DNA of 64,000 nt from Chlorokybus atmophyticus (lineage: Eukaryota; Plantae; Mesostigma and Chlorokybus algae): NCBI GenBank assembly GCA_009103225.1, contig RHPI01002503.1, positions 437,562 to 501,561 of the forward strand. The letters run 5' to 3'. The stretch's first letter is position 1, and every line of letters begins with the position of its first letter. Below the pieces are notes generated by a model that saw nothing but the letters and a program-made list of their open reading frames with translations, was not told where the DNA came from and ran no database searches. Both the position numbers and the translations under genes were made by a program. This document shows positions 1 through 12,375 of this stretch, one piece after another.

Positions 1-752
1 GGGGGGGGGGGGGGGGGGGGTTTGGGGGCTTTGTTTGTAAAGGGGTGTATTCGAATAGATACGGTACACGGCTGACTACCAACCTGGCAAGGTGCAGGGG
101 CCCGACCCTACCCTACCCTGCCCTTGCCCTGCGATTGCGGACATAGTGTGGCAAGCGAGCCAGCTGCGGCCATAGCGAGGGAGAGGAGAGTGCGGAGAGG
201 ATGGGAGGAGAGAGAGGGGTGGCGGAGGGAGGAGGGAGTTGTCGTCTTTGTGTGCCGTTGTGCATGTAGATGCAAAATTGAACTTGCTTGCCCCCGGCCC
301 TGTGGACAGTCATGCCAATGACTCTGTGCTGTTTAGGGCTGTGCATGTGGATACAACACAAACCACTATCATTTCAACATCAACCCATGGCAATCTGTTC
401 GCGTCCATACCTACTATACCAACACCGCATCACAACACAATAAAACACCACATCAGCATACAACGTCAGGCAACAGCGAGGCAAGCTAAGCTACTCCCGC
501 CAGTGCTGCGTCCTCCTCCAACACTGGTGCAGATGCCTACAGTGGGCTCCACCCTGTGGAGGGTAGCTAAGCTAGAGTAGATAATGCATATAGCTATGTG
601 CTCTATCTGTAGCCTGGCGGTGGTGGTGTGATTATGAAGATGATGGTGAGTGCTTGGGCTGGTGCATGGGACTGTTGCATATGCAGCAACGGAGTGCGCA
701 TACATATCAGCATGTGTGACGCAGCACCCCGTATACACGGCCTTGTGGGCAG

Positions 753-945
753 GTATTGTGGCTGGGAAGTTGCTTGGGGTTCATGTTAAGATAGTATCCG
801 CAGAGTAGCACACAGCACTGCTGGCATGCCGATGGTCAAGGTGGTGTAGTTGTGGCTGGGACCTTGCTTGGGGATCATGCATGTTAAGATCGTACCCATA
901 GAAGTAACACACAGCGCTGCTGGCATGCCGGTGGTCAAGATGGTG
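753..945. repeat. Two diverged tandem copies of a ~95-100 bp unit
   Basis: TTGTGGCTGGGA..TTGCTTGGGG..CATGTTAAGAT..CACACAGC.CTGCTGGCATGCCG.TGGTCAAG occurs at about 753-845 and 846-945. Confidence 0.85.
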
Positions 946-1550
946 TTATGGTGACTGGCTGCGATTATGGTAAGAATGACTGCAAGTATACATGTGATGT
1001 GCAAGATAATGCAATGGACAACATGTGCAACGAGATGATAGCTATGTAGCTGCCTACCCAGTATACACTTGTGTCCATTAATTCACTACCGCCCGCGTGC
1101 ATTGAAGCGCTAGAGGGGCTTAATCTGAATGTCAAACACACGGGCAACAATATGTCCTGCTTCTCAACTCCCATTTCAATTCGTTATGTACAAGATAGCC
1201 ACACATCATGGACAACACCGCGCCCGGCGCTATGTGCACTACACATGCAGCCCAGCCCTCTGAGTGCATACGGCAGTCTTGGCAATCACTAATGCACAAG
1301 CACAAGCACAACTGCACACTCGTAGGGATGCCCACAGGGGCAAAGTCTAACCAATCCCCTCCGTTGGGCGTTCCCTGCAACCGCCGCAACAAGCTGCAGG
1401 CGCCACGGTTGCGCCATTTGCCAACAATGTAACAATAGCTACAACGCCTTCCAAAAATAAAAAACAGCTATGAACACCAATGCGCCACCCCGGTTCTCTC
1501 TTCAACACAACGTTTACAACAATCAGCCGGAAATGTACACGCTCTCATCG

Positions 1551-2834
1551 TCACATGACAACACAGCAGGTCCCTGGCCGTTGCTTGTGGGGCCGTCTAT
1601 CGTTGTGAGCCCCGCAGTTCAAACACTGAAACTGCATTGCCCCTGCTGGCACCTGCACTTGCGCCCCGCAGTTCTCGCACGAACCCCTTTCCAGAATTAA
1701 CATGTGCATGTAAGCATGAGTGGATGAGTAACTGAAGTCACGCAACTGGTCGCGCACACCCACATGCGCAAGTGCGCACAATCGCACATACATGTTGCAC
1801 ACATACAGATGCGGGCACACACATACGAGCACCCACACGCACCATATGCATGTGGACGCACACACGCAGACACGTGCACACGCACGCGCGCGCACACACA
1901 CACGCGCGCACCTTTCCATAGGCACCACCACGGCTGCTGAAAGCTGCAAGCTTGGCCTTAAGCCCGGATCACGATACTGCGGTTGATGTTGTAACACTGT
2001 GTGCTGCCCAACTCCGTGCTGCACGATGCCTCGTGAAAACGAGGAAGATTGTGGAAGGCTGCCCGCGTACACGGCAGGACTTGCGCTGTACAACTGCTGC
2101 AATAACAACAACCATCAGAGCATAGCAATACCAGTGCCGGCTGTTGTCCACACTACGTAAGCTGCCCTTTACTACATGCTCAGCAATGTGGCGTAACTGC
2201 ACGTGCGCGCATGTGAGATGTGCTTGTGTTGACAAAATTTCAAAAGAGGCAACTCACCGATTGTGCATCAAGGCGGGGGTCAACTGGGACATGCTGCAGG
2301 TGCCTGTCTGAATGCACAGGGACCGAAGAATATTGGGAATCGTAGTGCTGCAGCGGAGCTGCTGGGCCTTGTGGCACGAAACTTTGCGACATACTGCTCA
2401 ACTCTTGCACTTGCATCGCCATTGCGTGCTCCTCATCCTACCCCACACAAGGAGTAAACATAATGATGCAACGCTTTGCCACTCGTATCAAGAAGGCATA
2501 ACACAACACAAACACTACACACAGTGACGCCAGCAATAGTTACTTCAACCAAACGACTATGCTGCGTGCTCAGCGCCAGCTGCAATCGATAATATGACCT
2601 GGTGCATCTAACAAGCAATTCTGCAGGGTTGCTTTCTCGTGAAATTACTAATGAAAAATTGTTGCAGAGGTTGTCATGGTGCTAAGGCAGCCCGTGAAAC
2701 ACGGACACACGAACAGATTATATACAGGTGGTCGTAGGTAAAGCGACAATCTCTTCTCATATCCTTCTCACCTGCAACTGCTGGGCCAGCTTCGCATCCT
2801 CGTCAAAAGACCCTGCGGCCTGCTGCACCGCCAT
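1551..2834 (-). CDS. Small (~190 aa) protein with MIU-like DxxLAxxLQxEE motif, LSD1-type C4 zinc finger and C-terminal CaaX (CCVVM)
   Basis: Four phase-compatible exons (2834-2772, exon 2 ending GTGAGT near 2260, 2096-1912, 1686-1551): MAVQQAAGSFDEDAKLAQQLQ|DEEHAM...|...VVPMER|GSCENCGAQVQVPAGAMQFQCLNCGAHNDRRPHKQRPGTCCVVM*. TGTAA 33 nt after the stop. The start may extend to an ATG at 2935. Confidence 0.7.
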
Positions 2835-4436
2835 GTCGTAGGGATAGTCGGTACCGTTGCGCGCCCACGGCCTGGACCAATATGGCCTGGCCTGGCGTGG
2901 CCTGGCCCACCTCACCTGGCGGGCCTGACGGCCATCTCTGCGTGAAAAAGCAAGAACCGAGCACGAAGAGGAGGAGCGCCAGCGCTTGCTGCCACCACCA
3001 CCGCCGACACCACGACCGCAACCACCCCGCAGTCTTACACTTCCTACTCAACCTCCCAAACCCACACCAGCGCCCTCGCCTCCGCCCTCGCTGCTGCCGC
3101 CGCCGCCTCAACCGAGCAGCGCCCTGCGACGTCCGCAGCCACGTGTCAATTTCCACCAGCAATCGTCTTGCCTACTTTCTCGGATTCATAGGCCTAGCAT
3201 TTGGTACCACCTATGGTACGGTGTGAGGTACCACGCTGCCCCGTCCCTCGTTAATCAACCCCCAAGACGACAACGACACAAATGAGCAAACCTACGCCAA
3301 ACATCTTGATATGGCCTGAGCAGAACTTGCGCTTCTCTCTCGACTTGTTGATTCACAAAGCAAGGATTTTACATTGTGCTTCATCTGCTGCAGCGTTCAT
3401 CTGCAGTGAAGAGTGTGTGAGCAAGCCGTGTTGCCTTGGATGCATAAGTCTCAGCTTATCACCTTAATTACGGTAGTGTAAGTTAATGACAACTTTTAAG
3501 TCTCGTATGTGAGGAAGTTGCAGGCTTGCAGACTTTGACCTAACGCACAGCAGATTGTTTACTGGCAGAAAAGATCGCGCATTGTGTCACCGCCTGTGTT
3601 TAGTCATTTTGGACTGGTGCGGTCACGCGCGCCGATGATTGGCAAAGCAGCGGCGATTTGACCAACATACAGTGGCTGCAGCCATAGTTGTGCTCTTCCG
3701 GTGCCGGTCACCTAGATATTTTGGTCGATCTGTCGATTGAGGGGACCGGCTGACGTCGCCCAATTGAGATGTGGCAATGCGACAGCATGGGTGAACGTTC
3801 CGTGAGCTTGAAGCCTACACCTTCAGCAGAAGCAAGCCTACAGGGTGTGATGCGTTGCCGTGCACGTGCAATGCAAAGCACAACATGCCGTCGGGGATGC
3901 CGACAAAACACAACCCAAAAATGCACAATAGTTCACATGCACAGTGTGTGACTCACTCTAGCGTACCTGTTAAATCAGCCTCAACGAGTACTCTAAGAGT
4001 GCACACATGAGGTGACCTGGTAACAATTTAAGACTCTCTTGGGAGGTGTTATTGTCGCCCACCCTCATAAGGTAATACCCAGGGGCCAAACACTCACAAT
4101 CAGTAATCAGAATGCCAAGGCATAGAAGCGTAATAACAGCAAACAAGCACGTCAAGCAACAAGCAACGCCCTCATGTGCGCTCGCTGCTTGAATGGCAGC
4201 CAGATAACTTGCATCAACTGGCTTGTACACGTATAATTCCAAGCTGGTCGACATGCTTTTCATATGCAACCACCACTCGCTGCATGGAAAACTGTTGTGC
4301 TGTAACCCAAGTGCATCAAAACAACGCCATGCTGTTGTGTAGTGCGCTCAGCAACAAGCATGCCACCCACCACTCTCAGTGCCGGGCGTGCTCACAGCAA
4401 TATCAAGACACACAGCCAGCCAAACATCTGCTTGTA

Positions 4437-7400
4437 CTATAAGTCAAGCAAACTCAATGGCTCAGCCGACTGTCTGTGCGTCAGCACGGCAGCAGAAGGT
4501 GGTGGCACATTGAATGCATCAAGCTGTTGTGCTATGGACAAGGACTTGGTCGAGGCTGCTGCTTTCGCTTCCTGTCGTGAGTCCGAAACCCTGACCAGGA
4601 AGGACTGGCCGACGCTGCTGCCGTTTCCATCAAGTCCCTCCGCTCCGTCAGCTATGGGCGTGGCCGGTGTTGAGGGGGCCGACTCGTTGTTCACAAACCA
4701 GGACACGCGATAGCTGCTGAAGTCATAGACGCCGGGGGCGAAGAGCGCCGCGCACAGTGGGATGGAGGCTTGCTCTCCCGGGGGCAGGTGGTTGAGGGTC
4801 ACGCGCGAGGGGCCGCACCACACGTACGGAGTCAGCGGCATGACGCCCATCCTGCTGCCGAGGTCGCCAATGTCGCGCCGCTCTGCATGCTTTGTGATCG
4901 CCGCGTACGAGACCACCGGCGGCAGCGTCGGGCTGACTGCGCCTGAGGCAGCCGTGTCGGCCGCAGCGCCCTGCGGAGAGTTGATTGCGAACCAGCCACC
5001 AGAGTCGGCTGCGGCCGCCGGTTCTGCGGTGGGATTGGAGGTCTCCAAGCAAACGGAAACGCTCGTGGAGCTGCAATTGCGCACTTCAAACAGCAGGGGA
5101 GCGCGGCATGATGAATGTGAACTGAAATCATGATCTATCACGCTGTCACCCTGCAGCGCCCAGCGCACTGGTGCCGGACCTCGCGTGCTGCACAGCAACG
5201 AACAATGTACTCACTTAGACACATGCGCCTCCAAAAGACGACCACTAAAAGCTATTGATGTTGCATGTGTTGGTAGTTTGGGCGTTATCAACTGACAGTA
5301 ACGGCCTGAGCAGCATGCATGCCAGCCATACCTGAGCCCATATACATTCAATGAACCGGCTCGGGGGGCTCCAGGCTCACCAGCTACTTCCCAAGCAAAA
5401 AGTACATCCAGGTCGTCCTCTCGCCTTCCTGTTGTGCTCGCATTCCCGGGTAAGGCAATCAGCCTTCGCTCTGCAAGATAGAACGAGTGCGCGGGGCCGG
5501 CATCCAAGTCCACATGCGTGCCTATGGAAGAGCTCTGCAGGATGCTGAGTTAGTACCAAACGCACAACGTGCAAGTGTTTCTGAGATTGAAGCCAGCACT
5601 CTTTTCCGCTGCTTGTACAGCTGCTTACCAAGTGAAGCTCGCACGGATGGCCTGTGCCATTCTGTTGCTGCTCGCCAAAACCAACTGATGCTAGCTCAGC
5701 GTACGCCGGCTGTACATGAAAGAAAAGGGTGGAGGTCTGCGAATTACACCAACAGGTCAGTATCAAGACGTCAACACATCAGCAGCAGCAACAAGTGTTA
5801 ATTGACAATGCGTCACTGACATGCAGCAGCAACTGCAACAACAAGAACAGCCCAACTAGCAACCTCTCCAGGGCGTATGAGGGGTGCCTCCTTAGTAGAA
5901 CTACTCCAGCTATCACTGCATTGCAACATGTCACACAAGGTCAAGCGTCAGACCTGAAGCACAAGTGCAACTAACAAGCTCCAGTCGCGTGCACTCACCT
6001 AGATGACTCTTCTAGTGGCAACAGCTGCCACTGCTCTGGCATGGCTGTCACTTGATTGATGAAGAACCCACTTGCTAAGTGCAGGTTGTGGACATCTACT
6101 CTTAACAAGTGCCTACCAACCAGCAGACAGGTCAGGGTAGGGGCAAGGCCCAGCAAACCAATAACATGTGGTGCCAATTGCTCAAAAGCTGTGGAAAGAA
6201 GTTGCCCATACCTATCCAACGATGTTGGACTTGGCAGCAACCTTGCAGACGCCTTTAAAGACGCAACAACCTGTATCCATGCAGCAAGCTCAGACAGCAT
6301 GTCAACATGTGATCACGATAACTGACTCACGTTACACGCTCACCGTCAGCGAGCAGACTACTCGCAGAGTCCGGTATTTCATCACAGATGTTCCTGCCTG
6401 AAATCAAGTGCATATGTAAGCAGCACGATCATGACTTGGATGCTGCTGACAGCCAAATCAAAATTACGCACATGTGCTTCATAATAAAACGCCAGGTGCA
6501 CTGTCTGTAGGCCAGTTGAACACATCCGCAGCCACAATGGCCACAGCAGCGTGCTTCCGCCCCCGAGGGACCCCCCTACACTCAGCGATGTACTCACTCA
6601 GCATAAGTGCAAATCAATGCAACAGCAGTTCCTGTAATCAAAACGTACCAGCCAAAAACTCAATAATTCCCCTGGATTCTGCCCCGCCCTTGGCATTTTT
6701 ATTCTGTTGCAACCAACGTTGACACCACAAACGCAATGTGCGATGTCAGTTCACGACATGCATGTGGAGAACTTGTATACCTGGCGGCCATGTCGTGAAG
6801 GCGACAAGCAGTGCGAGAACTCAACATCCAAATCGTTTTCTTCACCAGCACATACTTCGGCCGGATGACTGCTTCGCATGCGCAGAGACTACCAACACAT
6901 CTGGTGTTATGGTTGCAAACGCAAAGCACTATCATCCCAGCACATGTGAAAGTAGGATGCACACTTGCAACAACGTGCCATTGTTTATGCGCAGAGCATA
7001 CCAAAGGGCGTCAACACCAAGCAGTACTGAGCAGACCTTGAGACTGGCAGGGCCAGTGTTGCTGAGCTCCATTACAAAGCGGCGCAACTCTCCTTGCACT
7101 ACTGCCGATGGAAGTTCGTGTATTCTTGCTTCCAGGCGAGGCATAGACTGCGAGGGTATTACAGTCAGACGAGCGTAGGAAAATGCATAGATGCGGCAAA
7201 CCTTCGCTAAACAGCGTTACAGCCCATTATATACCTGGATGACCCTAAATGCAAGGCGCATGTGTGGCGGATAATCACGGTCCTGTCCTCCTTCTTTCTG
7301 CCTGCCATTGCCATTCCGCAACTCAATAATAAGCACTGAGTGGCATGCACTGGTACTTAACAGCGGTTGACCACCATATCTGATGCATAGCCCTGGTCTC

Positions 7401-10400
7401 AAGAGCACACCAAATGCAAGTCTCATCGACACAGTCCACGACGCTGACACTGATATGTAGCCATACGCAGCACGTACTTCTTTTTCAGAGGCCCACGGAT
7501 TGCAAACATTTGCCGACCCCTGGCTACTTCAGAAAGCAGCCAGTCAACACCAATGACATTGACCTTTCCCTCTTTTAACGGTTTTATTGTCAACCGCACC
7601 TGTGAAGCGCAGCGCTGTCAACAAAGTTTCTGAAACCATAGCAGGCCACGCAGGCTGCTGCAGAAGTCACACCACTCTCACCTTGGTGCGCTCACCACCT
7701 TTCAGCGAGAAAGCCGCAGCGGGGGCTTCAACAGCTCCACTAGTATCTTCTTCTGTGTCACTATCGGGAGCAAGCAAATCGTTGTTCAAACCTTGTACAC
7801 TATGTACACGCGACGAGCGCTTTGTGGGACGTGTCCATGTCCACAGCAGCCGGACATCGGACACTGATACAGGGATCTTGAGGCAATTGTAAAACTCAAC
7901 ATCGATGCCAACTTCCTCTGCGGAATTGAAGTTGGTCGAATGTTACAAACGCATCAAATGCATGATGCTGTGCAGCTACATTGTGCAAAAGGCTTGCCTC
8001 CAGCAACTGTAAGGTTGGTCTGCTCTTCAATGGCACTCTGCAAGCGAGCAGCAGACCCGCGGTCCATCCAGGTGGACAGCGTTTCTTGGAAGCCTGGTGA
8101 GATCAATGGCTCCTCCAAATCAGCCCAGACATCATCTGGCACAGATGCCTGCAAAACAAGCCCATTCACAGGATGCAACACGTCACAACGGACATGCTGT
8201 CATCATGCACCACGCACCGCAGCATCAGATGCATGGCACCGGTAGTCTTGGAAGTGTACTGTGACCCTTCCAGTGTCAATAACCGGCAATTGCAACGGCA
8301 GAGGAGCCAGCACCCCTGTTTTCTCAGCAGCTTGCTGCAGCAACCAAAAACAACAGCAATCAGTGACTGAACAGCCCTTGTTGATATGTTCATTACGTCC
8401 GGTAATGGCCGAAAACAGTTCTGCAGCACAGCTGCCACACCTGATAGACGTAAAGGAACTCCCTAAGGTAAGTCGCTTGCGTTGCAGCCGGCTGATGCCC
8501 GCAAGCCAGCAGCTTCATGAAATACTGAACAGCGCCAGGAAAGTCGCCGAGGTGCGCTGCTTGCCTGTCCAACAAGGTGTTAAGCACAAGCGAAGAAGCA
8601 GTGCCGCGCAAAAGCCTGAAGCATTTGACCTTCCCAAAGCGAAATGAACATGGTCATCAATGTACGCCCATCCTCTGGACGCGTACACGCCTAGCACTTG
8701 GGTGTATGCTCGCACTGCATGTTTACGCTGCAGCATGGAGAATACGTCATTGATAATGAAGCACATGCGCATTATGACAAACACAACTTGCTAAGTCACC
8801 TGTGAGCACTGGTTGTACCGGTTGCCCGCTAGAACCATGTGAAAAGAATATTTCCTCACAGACAAGGGAACCAGACGCAGGAAGCATAGAGCGGCTTGCT
8901 CCATGAGGACTCCAGATCGCAAGTTGTTCTCCTGAAAGTTACCAGCAAGCGGCATGCATTGCAAGTTATCACTCTGGTACAACAAGTTATTATGGGAGTT
9001 CGCTCAAACACTTGGTCAATTCGAACACTCGGTCAAGAAAGTTTACCTCCAGGGATGCACGGGTGAGAACCAAGGCTGCTTCACGGTACTGTCGCTTGGC
9101 CTTCAACACTTCAACCAACAGCAAAGCTGTCCGCGTGGCATACCGAGTGCCAAGCTGGCCGCTCCTCTGCCATACGCGATGTGTTATGTTGTGATACAGG
9201 AAGCATGGCAACTTAACAGCAAGGTCGGGTGTACACCACAACACTCTCCTCCACCTGATAGAAGGTGTACGCCAGTTCAAAGCAAGGCAAACTCTCACGG
9301 TGGTGTTCGTCCAACATGAATGCCGCCAAGCCCATCAGTTCCTGGCAGGGCACAAAAGCAAGTAGGTCAGAAAGCAGGAGGGGGGGGGGGNGGGGGGGGG
9401 GGGGGGGGAGACACATTGCCGAACACTGCTAACAGCCAACTGGTTGTGCAGCAAATATCACCTGTACACCGGCATAATGCTTCCACGCTCGATCTGACTT
9501 GTAATCACTGGACAACTGTCTGTAATTGTTGAGCGCGAGGTCGTAATCTCTCAGCATGAATGCGTAATCTCCCAACAGTCGCAACTGCCATTCTGTCGAG
9601 GATGTGCTGTACCTGGACAGGTAGCATGCAACTTGATACTGCTACTTCTATTGACACTTCTAGTCCAAGATCTGGTACGCATGTTACACACTGTTAATAG
9701 AGCACAACCTGCACGTCCATGACAGGTGTACTTACGCATTGCTCGAGTTGTTGGAGTCAGCTTCAGTCTCCTTCTTCTCCTTGCGGATGCCCCAGAGGCT
9801 TGTGATGCGGCTCTTCAAGCCTTTACGACTTGAGGACACCTGCGAGCACACAATGAGACCTTACACACCTTGCCAGCAATCGGTGTGGGCAAGCACGAAC
9901 CTGATGGTGCAGATTGCGAATCTTCTGCTCCATGTATGGTATCAACGCCTTCTCAACTAGATCATGTATAAACACTGACACCTGCATGAAGACAAGCATT
10001 AGGTGAACAAGCATGCAACACCTGCGCTCACTGGCATGCGCATACACATGCCCACGCACACGCACACGGACATGCACGAAGGAGCCACAATGCTGACACA
10101 GGGGATAGCTTTCTCAAATTGCGTGAATGATTGAAGGGCACAACCAGACCCAAGGCTGACCTGAAGCAAATCTGTGCTAGACAGGCATGCTCCCAATGCT
10201 GGCCTTCCAGTTGCAGCCGCAGCATCTGCCTGTAAGCGCAAGCGCAGCGTGAATTTATATGTATCAGGGTAGGTATGTTTGGATGGACAATAGACTAAGC
10301 TTGTGATCGCTCTCATGTGACATGCAAAGACTGCATGCCACCCAACACTCTTACAGCTACAAGGTATGTTTGGATGGACAATAGACTAAGCTTGTGATCG

Positions 10401-11430
10401 CTCTCATGTGACATGCAAAGACTGCATGCCACCCAACACTCTTACAGCTACAAATGAAGGCAAGGGGAAGACTGGACGCAATGGCGTCCATATGTCTGGT
10501 TGAGGCGTTGACCTATTGCCATTATCATCGAGAAGCTCCGTGTTGGTGATAACCAACCGGCAGTTTGGGGCGCCAAATGCCCTTCGCATCTCTGATAGAA
10601 GCTGCTCGGCCCTAGCAAGGTTGTTATGGTTGGTTGCCCACCCTCACGCACAACCAGTATGGTGTGCCACAATGTCATTGCTGTGGTAGTTGCCATGCAA
10701 AGCGCTACTCAACTGATCACTTGGGCCTGTATGCGCGTCGTGTAGGAGCACATACTGCTTGAGGCATTCGGAATCCATAATGCCATCCGACATAAGCGGC
10801 GGCAGCTTATCACTCTTGTCAAGCTTAACGCAGTCAGCGACTGGATCTGAGCTGCTGGAAGATACCACCAAGAGGGCTGCGTTATGAGAGAGTTCACACG
10901 CAGCGCTGTTAGGACATTCCAAAAGGGAAAAGCTGCGCTGCCCCAAGCACGCATGAGCAAAGACAATTGCATAGCAGTAAACCAGCTTGCGGTGCACAAG
11001 TGCATCGCAAATGCATAAAACTTACAGGCCACAGGATGGTCGACAGCTTCATGCTCCGAAAACTCCAGCATATGGAAAAACTCACGAAAGTACTTGTGAA
11101 ACCAGCCAGGTCCAAAAAGATCACTCGAGTTCGCTGCAACAGCGTGTCTCAATGCTTGAGACATAAAGTGACATGCTGCTTTTGCTGACTGGCCAGCTTC
11201 ATCGCATGGCGAACTCGTCACATGCAAGCTTACATGGCAAAGTGCTTGCTAGCTGCTCAGGGGTTTGATTTTGAGACGCTGTCATAGCATCATCACTCGC
11301 ATTGGTCACCAGCTGTGACAGGTGTTCTTCTGCAACCTGGGCATACATGCACGCATTATTCCGCAACAAAATGTCACATCACGTGTCCATGAGGAGGCAA
11401 ACTGCATGCAAGGAAGCAAGGGCATTTGTG

Positions 11431-11465
<35 letters not shown>

Positions 11466-12375
11466 NNNNNNNNNNNNNNNNNNNNNNNNNNNNNNNNNNN
11501 NNNNNNNNNNNNNNNNNNNNNNNNNNNNNNNNNNNNNNNNNNNNNNNNNNNNNNNNNNNNNNNNNNNNNNNNNNNNNNNNNNNNNNNNNNNNNNNNNNNN
11601 NNNNNNNNNNNNNNNNNNNNNNNNNNNNNNNNNNNNNNNNNNNNNNNNNATATATATATATATATATATGTGTAAGGTTCGACAGAACACCATCATGCGC
11701 AAGACTTACCTCCACCGGCGGTTGTGACATGTGGCGTACTTCATGCACCTTGATGCGAAAATCGTAAAGCCTGTAGGGCTGCTCACTGGCTGTACGCACT
11801 GGCACTGCACAGATGTACATGGGAAGCATGAGAGGATGCAAAGTTCAATCTTGGGTATGCCTACTTTTCAACCAACCTCTCATGTGCTCATTGCGTACAT
11901 ACGCAAAGAGACTTCCCCTAGTGAGAGTAATACAATCCTCCTACATACGCATATCGCTGTATTTGTTAAGCACCTAACGTTGTCTAAGCAATGCATACCA
12001 CCACCCTTTCTGGCAACGCCTCAGTGCTTGAAGCTGCTGTGTATGCACATTGTGACCTTCGCGTCAACACTTCAACTGAACGCTGTGTGCGATTGTCTCA
12101 AAAAGCAGGCAATGTGCAGACTCTGGTAGCTGACTATCACCACCTGTACACGTATTGGCTATGTGTAATGTTTAAACATTCGTTTGTTGACAACCGCTGC
12201 TTAATGGATCCAACACTGCATGACCAGTACCGTTCAAGTTGGTGACATGGCAGTGCGGGCGGAGAAGGTCCACAAAGCTCAGGCGGTTTTTGGCGCAGAT
12301 GGCGTCGACGTCCGGAGACGTCAGCACCATCACTGAGGGGGCATACTGCTGCCTAACAAACTCAGCAAGCGCCAT
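4437..12375 (-). CDS. TRAPPC8: TRAPP complex subunit 8 (Trs85), multi-exon
   Basis: Exons give MALAEFVRQQYAPSVMVLTSPDVDAICAKNRLSFVDLLRPH, FSEHEAVDHPVA, ALIPYMEQKIRNLHHQVSSSRKGLK, LRLLGDYAFMLRDYDLALNNYRQLSSDYKSDRAWKHYAG and RKYSFHMVLAGNRY, all matching plant-type Trs85. Some exons at 5.2-7.0 kb are not fully resolved. Confidence 0.92.
10271..10452. repeat. Perfect 91-bp tandem duplication in a TRAPPC8 intron, overlapping a splice donor
   Basis: AGGTATGTTTGGATGGAC...CTCTTACAGCTACA at 10271-10361 and 10362-10452. Confidence 0.9.
11438..11669. repeat. (TA)n microsatellite spanning an assembly gap, in TRAPPC8 intron 2
   Basis: TA repeats on both sides of an N run at 11466-11649. Confidence 0.95.

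Noticed and set aside
1-20. Poly-G runs (1-20, ~9378-9408, ~42716-42725) as G-quadruplex elements
   Set aside because: They sit at the window edge, contain an N, or abut a gap, so sequencing or assembly artefacts are at least as likely.
3708-4269. Small minus-strand gene between TRAPPC8 and the zinc-finger gene
   Set aside because: Splice-like signals exist, but no coherent or recognisable protein could be assembled.
9781-9800. Apparent frameshift in a TRAPPC8 exon
   Set aside because: Recounting shows four Cs; the frame reads SLWGIRKEKK correctly.
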